Shown here: piece after piece, positions 26,245 through 38,400 of the stretch
How positions within the stretch are numbered: the stretch's first letter is position 1
Layout: every line of letters starts with the position of its first letter
NCBI GenBank assembly: GCA_965153355.1
Contig: OZ231126.1
Location: forward strand, 15,934,001 to 15,998,000
DNA length: 64,000 nucleotides
Source: Flaccisagitta enflata
Taxonomy: Eukaryota
Direction of reading: 5' to 3'
Translations under genes and position numbers: made by a program
The notes under the pieces: generated by a model
What the model saw: the letters and a program-made list of their open reading frames with translations, nothing else
The model's database searches: none
What the model was told of the DNA's origin: nothing

Positions 26245-26850
26245 AGTGAGTGTGTGTTTTTTCCCGTGGACTGTTTTAAAAACAGATATTGCTAATATTG
26301 CATAAAATAACCCATGCCATTCCTCTAAAAAAGGTTTGCCGTCAAGGACTCCAAGGACCAAGGTTTGCCTTCTTGGACTTCAGTGTTTAATGTTCAAGGT
26401 ATGCCGTCATGGACTTTAAGGTATGCCGTCATGGACTTTAAGGTATGCCGTCATGGACTTTAAAGTAAGCATGCCATCATGGACATCAATCATTTTTTCA
26501 AAAAAATTTTCTAAATTTTTTTTCTGAATTTTTTTAGAAATTTTTGAAAAATTTTTTAATTTTTTTTTTTTGAAATTTTTTTAGAAATTTTTTTTGAAAA
26601 AAATTTTTTTTTAAATTTTTTTTTTTGAAATTTTTTTTTTTTTGAAATTCTTATTTTTTTTTTTTTTATTTTTTTTTTTTTTTTTTGAAATTTTTTTTTT
26701 TTTGAAATTTTTTTTGAAATTTTTTTTTGAAATTTTTTTTTTTTTTTTTTTTTGAAATTTTTGTAGTGTATCTTCTCGAGTCGCGTTTACGCGACGAGAA
26801 AGCTTCAAAAATTACAGTCCCCAGTCGGGGACTGTAATTTTGAAGCTTTT
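25443..26850 (+). mobile_element. ~1.4-kb HINE/Helentron-like element, copy A
   Basis: 5' GTCCCCGAC (25444) with nearby inverted GTCGGGTGAC; (GTG[G/A])n; ~120-bp internal tandem units; (CA)n; 22-bp repeats; A/T tract; 3' long hairpin containing GTCGGGGAC (26824). T-rich flanks, no TSD. Confidence 0.8.
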
Positions 26851-27824
26851 TTCTTTTTTTTTTCCTTTTTTTTGATGGATGGAATAATTCAAACAGGCCA
26901 ACCTAACAACGCGCTGTAGGAACGATCATATTTGTAACAGCGTTACAATGTCGTTGCGGACGGGCATACAACCCCCATCTATACCCTCCCTCACCCTATG
27001 TTCACTCACACACCGACAAACATAACTGCAGCAACATACATACGCGTCCTCACACTTTACGACTTAATCTTCAGGGACGGACTGACGGATGTACAAAGTC
27101 TCTTATAGAGTTGCGTGATTGCAACTACAATCGTTGCTGGTAAAAGCGCGCTTTAGTGGTGAATGTGTGTCGGATGGACAAAGAACAGATGTTTAAAAAA
27201 TTGAGTTTTTTTCATACGCATTTCTGTACCTGCTGTTTACAATAAGCTAAACTGATAGAATATTTTGGTTTCCTGTTAAATTTGATAATCTAAAAATCAA
27301 GTATGGAAATGAATGAGTAAATATAGACTTCCTCATCATCTCAGTCCACATCTCCTTGTCGCTTCGGAATTTAGTATGTCTCGTGTCTGTTCTCCGACTC
27401 GATCATTTTTTTCCGCCCTGAATCCCTCTTTTCAAAATTGAAAAACTCGGTGCTTTGCTTACACTCGATTCGGCTGCCAAAATTCAATTTTCCCGGCCTT
27501 CACGTTTTCAACTCAAAATTCTATTTTCGAAAGCGCTCCAATATATGTTTTTTGATACGGCGTTTTTTGGCGAATTGCTGGATATTTCATGCCCGATATT
27601 AATTTTTTATTAACCCTGCCTGTTCTTTTTTTCACACGGTTGTTTTGTCAGCTCTGAGAACCGATTCTCGTTGTCATCCGTTCCCTGGTATTGGTCACAT
27701 CTTTCTTTGGTATTGGTCACATCTTTCCTTGGTGTCGGTCACATATTGCCTTGTTAACAGATCTTTTTTTGCTGTCGGACAAACTTTAGCCCAAATTTTT
27801 CCTATTTGCTGGGACAGGGGACCT

Positions 27825-28812
27825 TTCTCCTTGGTGTTGGACAAATGATATCATGATGTTGGATAAATCGCTCCTTGGTGTCGGACAAATCTCTCCTTGG
27901 TGTCGGACAAATCACTCCTTGGTGTCGGACAAATCGCTTCTTGGTGTCGGACAAATCGCTTCTTGGTGTCGGAAAAATCGATCCTTGGTGTCGGAAAAAT
28001 CGCTCCTTGGTGTGGGACAAATCTATCCTTGGTGTAGGACAAATCTCTCCTTGGTGTCGGACAAATCTCTCTTTGGTGTCGGACAAATCTCTCCTTGGTG
28101 TCGGACAAATCTCTCCTTGGTGTTGAACAAATCGCTCCTTGGTGTCGGAAAAATCGCTCCTTGGTGTCGGAAAAATCGCTCCTTGGTGTCGGAAAAATCG
28201 CTCCTTGGTGTCGGACAAATCTCTCTTTGGTGTCGGACAAATCTCTTTGGTGTCGGACAAATCTCTCTTTGTTGTCGGACAAATCTCTCCTTGGTGTTGA
28301 ATAAATCTCTCCTTGGTGTAAGACAAATCTCTCCTTGGTGTCGAACAAATCTCTCCTTGGTGTTGAACAAATCTCTCCTTGGTGTCGGACAAATCTCTCC
28401 TTGTTGTCGGACAAATCTCTACTTGTTGTCGGACAAATCTAGCCTTGGTGTCGGACAAATCTCTCCTTGGTGTCAGACAAATCTCTCCTTGGTGTCGGAC
28501 AAATCTCTCCTTGGTGTTGGACAAACAGCTCCTCGGTGTCAGACAAACTGCTCCTCGGTGTCAGGTAAATCTCTCCTTTGTGTTGGACAAATCTCTCCTT
28601 GGTGTTGGTGTCGAACAAATCTCTCCTTGGTGTCGAACAAATCTCTCCTTGGTGTCGGACAAATCTCTCCTTGGTGTCGGACAAATCTCTTCTTGGTGTC
28701 GGACAAATCTCTTCTTGGTGTCGGACAAATCTCTCCTTGGTGTTGGACAAATCTATCCTTGGTGTTGAACAAATCTATTGATGGTGTTGAACAAATCTAT
28801 TGATGGTGTCGG
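27825..28812. repeat. 22-bp tandem minisatellite (TTGGTGTCGGACAAATCTCTCC)n, roughly 44 units
   Basis: Directly visible; gives ORFs with 22-aa periodicity in most frames. Confidence 0.95.
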
Positions 28813-29116
28813 GCAATCTTTCTTCTTTTGGCGAAGACTTCCTTGTTCTACTCCTCCCCTGATAGGAATGATCGAAGAGAAATTCCAGTTGCAGAGTTAC
28901 GCTTTCGAGGCAAAGTTTCCTGTTTTTCACCCAACAAACGGAAGGCGAAAGTAAATGAGATTGAGTTTATTCACGCTCAGGGTGTTAACCTTCGTTAATT
29001 TTTCTTTCTTTTTGTTTTCTTTTTCTCTCTTTTTTTTTGCTTCTTTCTCTCTTTCTCTGTTTCTCTGTGACTTCTCTGTTCGCCTGTTCGTCAGCTTTTC
29101 ATTCTTTCTCTTTCTC

Positions 29117-29164
<48 letters not shown>

Positions 29165-29896
29165 TTTCTTTTTTTCTTTCTTTCTTTCTTTCTCTTTTTT
29201 GCTCGCCTGCTCGCTAGCTTACCGTCTTTCTTTCTGCCTCTTTCGCTCTTTCTTACTTCCTATCAGTGTTTCTTTCTTTCTTTCTATGTCTCTCTCTAGC
29301 TTTCTTTCTCTCTCTCTAACTTTCTTTTCACTTTGTCTCTTTCTTGCGCTTTCTTACACTAAGAGACTTTTTAGGTGCGCCAACGCACCTCTATAACTGG
29401 CTTTGTCCGTTGGTCTGTCTGTCGGTTGGTCGGTAACGCATTCGTTCGACGATCCACACGGCGCACCTTATTGGCCTACTTGGCCTTGTTATAAGAGACG
29501 TGAGCCTGAGATTTGCCAAAATTTTAAGAACAGATTAAGAGAATGCTTAGGCTGAGATTCAGTTTTGGAAATTTTTAAAGAAATTAATTAAAGTATCATA
29601 TTTAAATAAACGAAAATTTTTCTCATTTTTTTTGGAAAATTGGTATTTTTTTTAAAAACACTGCTTTTTTAATGGTTTTGCTTGTCAAATTAGGTAAAAC
29701 ATTCTATGTTCTACAGGAATGAACAGGTTTCTTTACTAAGAATACATGAAATATCATTACAATATGTATTTACACACTTTTTGGTTTTTTTTACGCATCA
29801 AAAAAAGTAAGATCAATTTAAGAGACATTGAGCCTTAAAATGGCAAAAAATTTAAGAGAACCCAGGCTGAGTTCAAAATAGGTTCTCTTATTAAAA

Positions 29897-30468
29897 AAAA
29901 GCTTCAAAATTACAGTCCCCGACTGGGGACTGTAATTTTTGAAGCTTTCTCGTCGCGTAAACGCGACTCGAGAAGATACACTACAAAAATTTCAAAAAAA
30001 AAAAAAAAAAAAAAATTTCAAAAAAATTTAAAAAAATTTCAAAAAAAAAAAAAAAAAAATAAAAATTTCAAAAAAAAAAAAATTTCAAAAAAAAATTTCA
30101 AAAAAAAAAAATTTTTAAAAAAATTTTTTTTTCAAAAAATTTCTAAAAAAAAAAATTCAGAAAAAAAAAAATTTAGAAAATTTTTTTTTGAAAAAATGAT
30201 TGATGTCCATGATGGCATGCTTACTTTAAAGTCCATGACGGCATACCTTAAAGTCCATGACGGCATACCTTAAAGTCCATGACGGCATACCTTAAAGTCC
30301 ATGACGGCATACCTTGAACATTAAACACTGAAGTCCAAGAAGGCAAACCTTGGTCCTTGGAGTCCTTGACGGCAAACCTTTTTTTAGAGGAATGGCATGG
30401 GTTATTTTATGCAATATTAGCAATATCTGTTTTAAAACAGTCCACGGGAAGAAAAAAACACACTCTGT

Positions 30469-30555
<87 letters not shown>

Positions 30556-31302
30556 CTCCCACAACAGTAATATATTACTTCATAAATAAGTTTATATCTC
30601 ATAAACCAGACTTCAGATTTAAATCGAATTTTACAGGAGCTGTTTAATTGACATTATTTACCTGTTTACTAAGTTTTAAAAAAATTCATAAACTTTTACT
30701 ACCCTTTGCCTATGAAAACTGCTTAAGTCCTAGTAACATATTACTACATAAATAAGCTAATATCTCATAAACCAGGCTTCAGATTTAATTCGAATTTTGC
30801 AGGGGTTGTTTATTTACTACCCTTTACTTGTATACCAAATTAGAAAAATTCATAAACTTTTACTACCCTTTGCCTATGTAAACTGCCTAAGTCCTAGTAA
30901 TATATTACTACATAAATAAGCTAATATCTCCTAAACCAGACTTCAGATTTAATTCGAATTTTGCAGGGGTTGTTTATTTACTACCCTCTACTTGTATACC
31001 AAATTAAAAAAAAATTCATAAACTTTTACTACCCTCTACCTATGTAAACCACTTAAGTCCCAGCTAAATATTACTACAAAAATAATAGGCAAAGGGTAGT
31101 AAAAGTTTATGAATTTTTTTGAAAATTGGTACACAAGCTCCTATTGACCTATAAACAACACCAGCAAAGTTTCATAAAAATCTGAAGTCTGGATCCAAAG
31201 ATATGAGAAGGTCTTAAACCCACTCACTCACCCACCCACGAACAGACTTACACGATCAAGGCTACCTCATAGTCACCCGACGAAAACTGTTCGTCGGGGA
31301 CA
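29897..31302 (-). mobile_element. ~1.4-kb HINE/Helentron-like element, copy B (inverted relative to copy A)
   Basis: Near-identical reverse complement of 25443-26850, differing mainly in microsatellite, A-tract and 22-mer copy number. Sits in an A-run (..CTCTTATTAAAAAAAA | AAAAAGTGTA). Confidence 0.85.
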
Positions 31303-31955
31303 AAAAAGTGTATTTCACCCTTTTCTTTCTATCCTTTTCTCTCTGTCTCTTCTCAGTCTTTTGCTTTTTTTTTTTCTTTCTATTGCTCTTAGTTTTCTTT
31401 CTTTCGTTTTCCTCTTTTTTAGTTGCGGACACGCAACTCTATAAGAAGCTTTGTCCGTCCGTCCGTCCGTCCGTTGGTCCGTAACCATCGAGTCGAAAAG
31501 TGGAAAAACGCGCATATCCGCCCCTGCCCACCCGTCCGCAACTGATGGCCGTGTATCCGGCCTTGTTTTCTTTTTGTCCCTTAAGCCTTTCCTTTGCTTC
31601 TTTCCCTTCTATCTTTTCTCTTTCCTCTCTTCCTTTCCATTTCTATACTTAAATTCTCTTCCGTTTTATTGTTCTATTCAACTTCTTTTGTTCAGTGTCT
31701 GGTTATTTTCAATTTAAGTTTTTAGTTGCGGGTACGTAACTCTATGAAAGGCTCTGTCCGTCCGTCGGTCCATCCGTCGGTCTGTGAGCTTAGTGGAAAA
31801 ACTAGCGTTTTAAAGGCGTTTTAAAGGGTTGTGTGTGTGCGGCGGGTGGTTGTATGGGGATGGACGCCTCCACCCACCCGTCCGCAACGATATTGTAACC
31901 CCGTTTCATTGTCGTCTATTATATTTTCATTTGCATCATCAAATTTTGATTTTTT

Positions 31956-32062
<107 letters not shown>

Positions 32063-32442
32063 ATGCGTTTTGCTAAATTGCTCTTCGGTATTGCTCCTCA
32101 GCTCCGATAAGGAAGTCCACTTGGCCGTGTCCGAGCTAGCTCCGACGAAATTCTAGTGCAGCTGGAGGAATTCAATTAGCGGAGGAATTATCCGCGATTT
32201 CTTGTACAGAGCTTTCGCAAATTCGTGTTAAACAAGATCTTTTCCTCTTATAAAGTTTAAAAAAAAAAATGATATCCTTTCCTCTCCAATAAAACGGATT
32301 ATCGCCCATGATATGAACGACCATTTCATACGAATTTTCGTTCTTTTTCTTTCAGAACATCCCTCTGGCCTCCTGACACAGTTCGTCCAGAATGATCACT
32401 CGCTTCCAATAATCAATCGCATGCGTGCTTTTTGTCGGAACC

Positions 32443-35400
32443 ATGGACGTATACCGCGCAATTGCTAACTTCACTGCGCCGCAGTTCAATTCGCAAGGGC
32501 GACCCATTCATACCTGCCTGTCTTTCAAGAAAGGCGATCTATTCGAGGTGATCTGGCGCTGGATGTTACGTTTTGCTTTCATTTTTGAAGCAAATTGCAA
32601 GTAACCTGAAGATTTCTGTTCTCTCTTTTTCATCAATCTTTCACTTCTAATGCTCTTTTTCTCCTTCCTCCTCCTTTCCCCCTTGTTCTTCTCCTTTCTT
32701 TTACTGTTGCTCATTTCATCCACTTCTCCTTTCTTCTGCTTTTCTCTTTTTCCTTTTTGGGCAGCGGCCCCGAAGAGGTCGGTGACATATGCTTTCACAC
32801 AGGGGAATTTTCTCCTTCTCCTCCTCCTCCTTCTCTGTACCCCCCCCCCCAGAGGTGTCGATTCCGTCTAGCTGCCGCGCAGCATAAAAATTCAGCAAAA
32901 AGCTGCCACACTTTTGCTAAATTCATAGGCTATGGACCAAAAGAAGGCTTTGTCCCTCCTTAAACTTTCTTCCCCTTATCTGTCTACAATGAAACAAGGC
33001 CAACACCTATAAGTCGCGTGCAGGACAAAAATAACTGAACTGAACTGACTCCTTATTGTATCTTTTTATCGAAAATCAAACTTAAAAGCAACCCAAAACA
33101 GACCCAAACCAGACCCAAACCAGACTCAAACCAGACTCAAACCAGACTCAAACCAGACTCAAACCGGAATTAAACCAGACCTAAATCAGACATAAACCAG
33201 ACATAAACCAGATTTAAGCCAGACTCAAACCAGACTCAAACCAGACTCAAACCAGACTCAAACCAGACTCAAACCAGACTCAAACCAGACTCAAACCAGA
33301 CTCAAACCAGACTCAAACCAGACTCAAACCAGACTCAAACCAGACTCAAACCAGACTCAAACCAGATTCAAACCAGACTTAAACCAGACCGAAACCAGGC
33401 TCAAACCAGGCTCAAACTAGAATCAAACTAGACTCAAACCAGACTCAAACCAGACTCAAACCAGACTCAAACCAGACTCAAACCAGACTCAAACAAGAAT
33501 TAAACCAGACCAAAACCAGACCAAAACCAGACCAAAACCAGACCTAAATCAGACCTAAATCAGATCTAAATCAGATCTAAATCAAACAAAAACCAGACAC
33601 AAACCAGACATACACCAGACCTAACCCAGACCTAAACCAGACATAAATCAGACATGAACCAGTCTTAAACCAGACTTAAACCAGACTTAAACCAGACTTA
33701 AACCAGAGTTAAACCAGACTTAATCCAGACTTAAACCAGACTTAAACCAGACTTAAACCATACTTATCTTCAATATCATTTTAACCAGCAGACTTAAACC
33801 AGCAGACTTAAACCATTAGACCTGCAGACTTAAACCATTAGATTTAAACCAGCAGACTTCAACCAGCAGACTTTAACCAGCAGACTTTAACCAGCAGACT
33901 TTAACCAAAATGACCAAAAATGACCAAAAATGACCAAAATGACCAAAATGACCAAAATGACCAAAATGACCAAAGATGACCAAAGATGACCATAAATGAC
34001 CAAGAATGACCAATTTGGCCAAAATAACCAAAAATGACCAAAAATGACCAAACATGACCAAAATGACCAAAAACGAACAAAAATGTCCAAAAAAGACCAA
34101 AAATGACCAAAATTAACAAAAATGGACCAAAAATGACCAAAAACGACCAAAAATGACCAAAATGACCAAAAACGACCCAAAAATGACCAAAAATGACCAA
34201 AGATGACCAAAAATGACCAAATATGACCAAAAATTATCAAAGTGACCTAAAATGACCTAAAATGACCTCAAATGACCTGAAAAGTCCAAAAATGACCAAA
34301 AATGACCAAAAATGACCAAAAATGACATAAAATGACACAAAATGACCCAAGATGACCCAAGATGACCAAAATGACCAAAATGATCAAAAATGACCATTGA
34401 TCAAAATGACCAAAATGACCAACATGACCAAAATGCCCAAAAATGATAAAAAAGACCAAAAATGACAAAAATGATCAAAAATAGCCAGAAATGTCCAAAA
34501 TGACACAAAATGACCCAAAACAACCCAAAATGACCCAAAATGACCAAAAATGACCAAAATGATCAATACCAAAATTGATCAAAAATGACCAAAATGACCA
34601 AAATGACCAAAATGACCAAAAATGACCAAAAATGACCAAAAATGACAAAAAAATGATCAAAAATAACCAGAAATGACCCAAAATGATCAAAAATGATCAA
34701 AAATGATCAAAAATGATCAAAAATGATCAAAAATGACCAAAAATGACCAAAATGGCCAAAATGACAAAAATGATCAAAATGACCAAAAATGACCAAAAAT
34801 GATCAAAAATGATTAAAAATGATTAGAAATGATTAGAAATGATTAAAAATGATTATGAATGATCAAAAACGACCAAAAATGACCAAAAATGACCAAAAAT
34901 GACCAAAAATGACCAAAATGACCAAAATGACCAAAATGACCAAAAATGACCAAAAATGACCAAAAATGACTAAAAGCAACCAAAAATGACCAAAAATGAC
35001 TAAAAGCAACCAAAAATGACCAAAAATGACACAAAAAAGCAAAGTGTTACCGACCGACCGACCGACCGACCGACGGACCGACCGACCGACCGACAGAGCG
35101 GGTTGTAGAGTCGCGTGCACGCGACTAAAAAGTTCTGTTCACATTCGCATTCCCCTCCACATTCACCTAGCCTGACTCTAGAAATGAGGCTGTTATGTAA
35201 AAGGCCACACATGCACCTGAACAGGAGTGGTGAATACTTTACTCGTACAGAAGTTAGGCGAGAGCCATAACTAGTTCAAGGAAAAAGCCAGGCCAGGGGT
35301 CTTCACCCAGTAGGTGGACCAGGCTTCAGGGCTGCTATCTCACACCCTCTACGTCAAAGACGGCCTCAGTGGCCAATACTGAATTTGGCCAAGTTACCAG

Positions 35401-38400
35401 ATTACCTCCCCAGGTTACCAGATAGTTACCAGATTTTTCTTGCAAGTTACCAAATTAGTTACTAGATTTTACTAGTAATATCAAGCTACTGCAAATCAAA
35501 AAAAGTGAACAAATGAATGAGTATAAGGCCCGGATCTATTTTTGATATTAGAACGTGATCTTTCATCTTTGTTTGTTTTTACCTATTCTTATTCAAAGCA
35601 ATGGATTTCCTCAATGGTTGCTTTTTAAATGTGTGTTTTTTTAAAGGAACTACTTTATTTCAGTAAAAACAGAAGTGTCTTTTAACAAATTGAGATTCTA
35701 AAAAAATAAGCTAAAATGACTAATTTCCATATCTTAAGCTGTTTTCAGGGATTATGTTTAAATATGACTTTTCTTGGAATTTGGTATTCATTATTGCCAA
35801 GGCTCAGTCTTTCATGTTACGGTGTTAAGTGGATAATGGGTCAGGGTTATGACTAGGGTCAGGGCAAGGGAAAGGAATGGGGTAAAGGATAGCTGGTTAG
35901 GGGCGGTAATAAAAAAAGTTTTTATAGCAGGAGCAGTAATGCGTGAAAAAAAGCTAAGCATTATCAACTGATGAACCAACAGATAGACCAATGGACACAG
36001 CGGGGTTTAGTGTCGCGTGCATGTGACAGAAAAAGTTAAGTGTTACCTACTGACTGACCAAGAAACGGACATAGTGGGTTATTGAATATCAAGTACAAAT
36101 CACCTCTGATTTTAATAGCTCTGCAATTGCATTAGGTCAAAAAGAAATGGGATTGAAAATTGAAGCAGTAATAGATTGAAATCAAGAGAAGGACTGAAAG
36201 TGAAACAGAAATAGGAGAGAGAGAGCGAGAGAGCAAGAGAGCGAGAGAGCGAGAGAGCGAAAGAGAGAGCGAGAGAAAAAGAGAGAAAGAGAAAGAAAGA
36301 AAGAAAGAAAGAAAAAGAGGGGGAGAAAACAATTTAAGCGTTTCTTGTGAAAATCTTGTTAATTTACCAGATTTTCACCTCAGATTACCAAAGTTACCAG
36401 ATTTTTGCCCTTAGTTACTAAAGTTACTAGATGATTTCCTCAAAAGTTACCAGACAAGTTACTAGTGGGGAGGGTCGGTCATTCAGAACTATCATGATTG
36501 CTAGGGTTTTATGGAGTCTTAGGACTCAATGGGCTTGATATGAATCACATTACATGAGAAAATTCGAACTCGAGTTATCCCTGATCTGAAAACATCTGTT
36601 TTCTCACCTCTTGGAAAAGTAACAACATTTCAGCTGCTCTTGAGGAAAAGTTGATAAATTTTAGAGTTTAGTCACTTACGTAAATTTCTTGTACTGATGC
36701 TAATTCCCTGATTAGCTGCTTAAACATTCTAAGCTATGCCATTGGTTGCCACGATTTTCCCCAACGTAACGTAAAATTATGACTCTTAACAACATATGAT
36801 GCACCAACCAATGAGCGTTCATGACATGACCCAACAACCAATCACAGCTCAGCCTGAATGTGGCGCTAGTAGTCGTCTTAGTTGGGCCACACTCAGGCTT
36901 GAGAACAACCAGCTTCATAGAAAGTGAGGACCTAATAAGTTGTACAAAACCTCCTAAGAAGGATCGCGAATCATAGCATTGGAGTGAATTCGACAATCAA
37001 TAAACAGTGGAGAATAGAAAAAACATGCCAGCTTCTTCATGGTCTTACTACCAGCCATGCGGTTCTCCCAATGCTCCCCTGTCATGTTATTGAGGAATGA
37101 AGGCAGAGATTGCTGGTGTTCAGAAAAAAAAACATAAGGCTAATTACGGTCTCCCTATTACTAGGTTACCAGGTGCTTTTCCAGGTTACCAGAGGACCCT
37201 TCAAAGTTACCAGATCTGGTAACCTAGTTACCGACTTGGCCACTGAGAAGACGCTAAAGAACGAAGATTCATTCCGGCTCTTACTGTGAAATTTTGTTTA
37301 TAATTAACCCTTCTAACAAAACAAAACTGCGCTAAGCAATTGAATGATTCTGAAATATATTCATTCATACTTGCTTATTTGCAAGATTAATACAGTATTT
37401 CTTTAGTCGTCAGAATAATAAAGTACTAGACGCCGAGAAAGGTTCGTTTCTTGTTTAAAGAAGTTTTTGGCGTGAACGATTAAAGAAAACTGCAATATGC
37501 AAATGAGGTTTTGATCCGCCAAGACTAGAAATGAAATAGTAGCGATTCGGGAAATGTGAAGTTTTCTGCACAAGTCTTACCACACACACTTACTTTGTTT
37601 AATTGTAAATCGCGAAGTAGCATTTCTTTGGAATGAAAATCCTTGAGTTGAAATCTATCGATTTTAGCTTTTAAGTTGCTTGTCGCTATGACTAATTCTT
37701 ATATGTAAGCTCTAAATCAAGGGATATCCATTTAAGGATGGATTTAAGCCTAGGATTTCACTTCGCGAATCAGTCGAGTGTGCACAGGATTCTTTCTAAG
37801 TTCAGCTCTTCCTTCCTTTCTGGCCCTTTTTCCTCCAGTATTCCCCCACCCCCATCTGGCCGCAACTGCCGCACTGCCTGCAGCGTAGCATTGCTAACAG
37901 CTACACAGAATCGGCACCTCTGCCCCCCCCACCTCGAGGCCCATATCTCAGCTTCGAAGCCCATATCCCAGTCTTGGGGCCCAAATCCTAGTCTTGCGGT
38001 CCAAATCCCAACCTCAAGGTCCAAATCCCATCTTACAGCCAAAATCCTATCTTTGAGGCCCGAATTACAGCCTCAAGGGATTTGGGCCTCGAGACTGGGA
38101 TATATGGGCTTTGAGGCTGAGTTATGGGCCTGGAGGTGGGGGGAGGAGGCGGAGGAGGAGGAGGAGAAAAATCCCCTGTGTGAAAGCATAGGTCATCGGC
38201 TCCTTCGGGGCCGCTGCCCTGCTCCCCCCTCAACTTAAACCACAACCTACTAAGGCAGGGCACGGGTACCGCTGACCATCTAACGCTTTTGCGACTATTA
38301 TCCTTTCTTCTTTCTCTTCTGAATAGTACGTATTCAAGGATATCCACAAGTACGATAAAACTTATGACTGCGTCTTTCCATCTTCAGGTTTTAGAAAGCG

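Noticed and set aside
27825-28812. CRISPR-like array or repeat-protein gene (ORFs of up to 316 aa)
   Set aside because: Head-to-tail 22-bp units with no unique spacers and no cas genes. Frames are open on both strands only because the unit lacks stop codons.
25443-31302. Single composite transposon with 1.4-kb TIRs
   Set aside because: No TSD and no internal transposase; each arm has its own complete termini, and a diverged solo relative exists at 47921-49200.
33873-35212. Hydrophobic FGHFWSFLVI-repeat 'membrane proteins'
   Set aside because: Translations of the AAAATGACC satellite.
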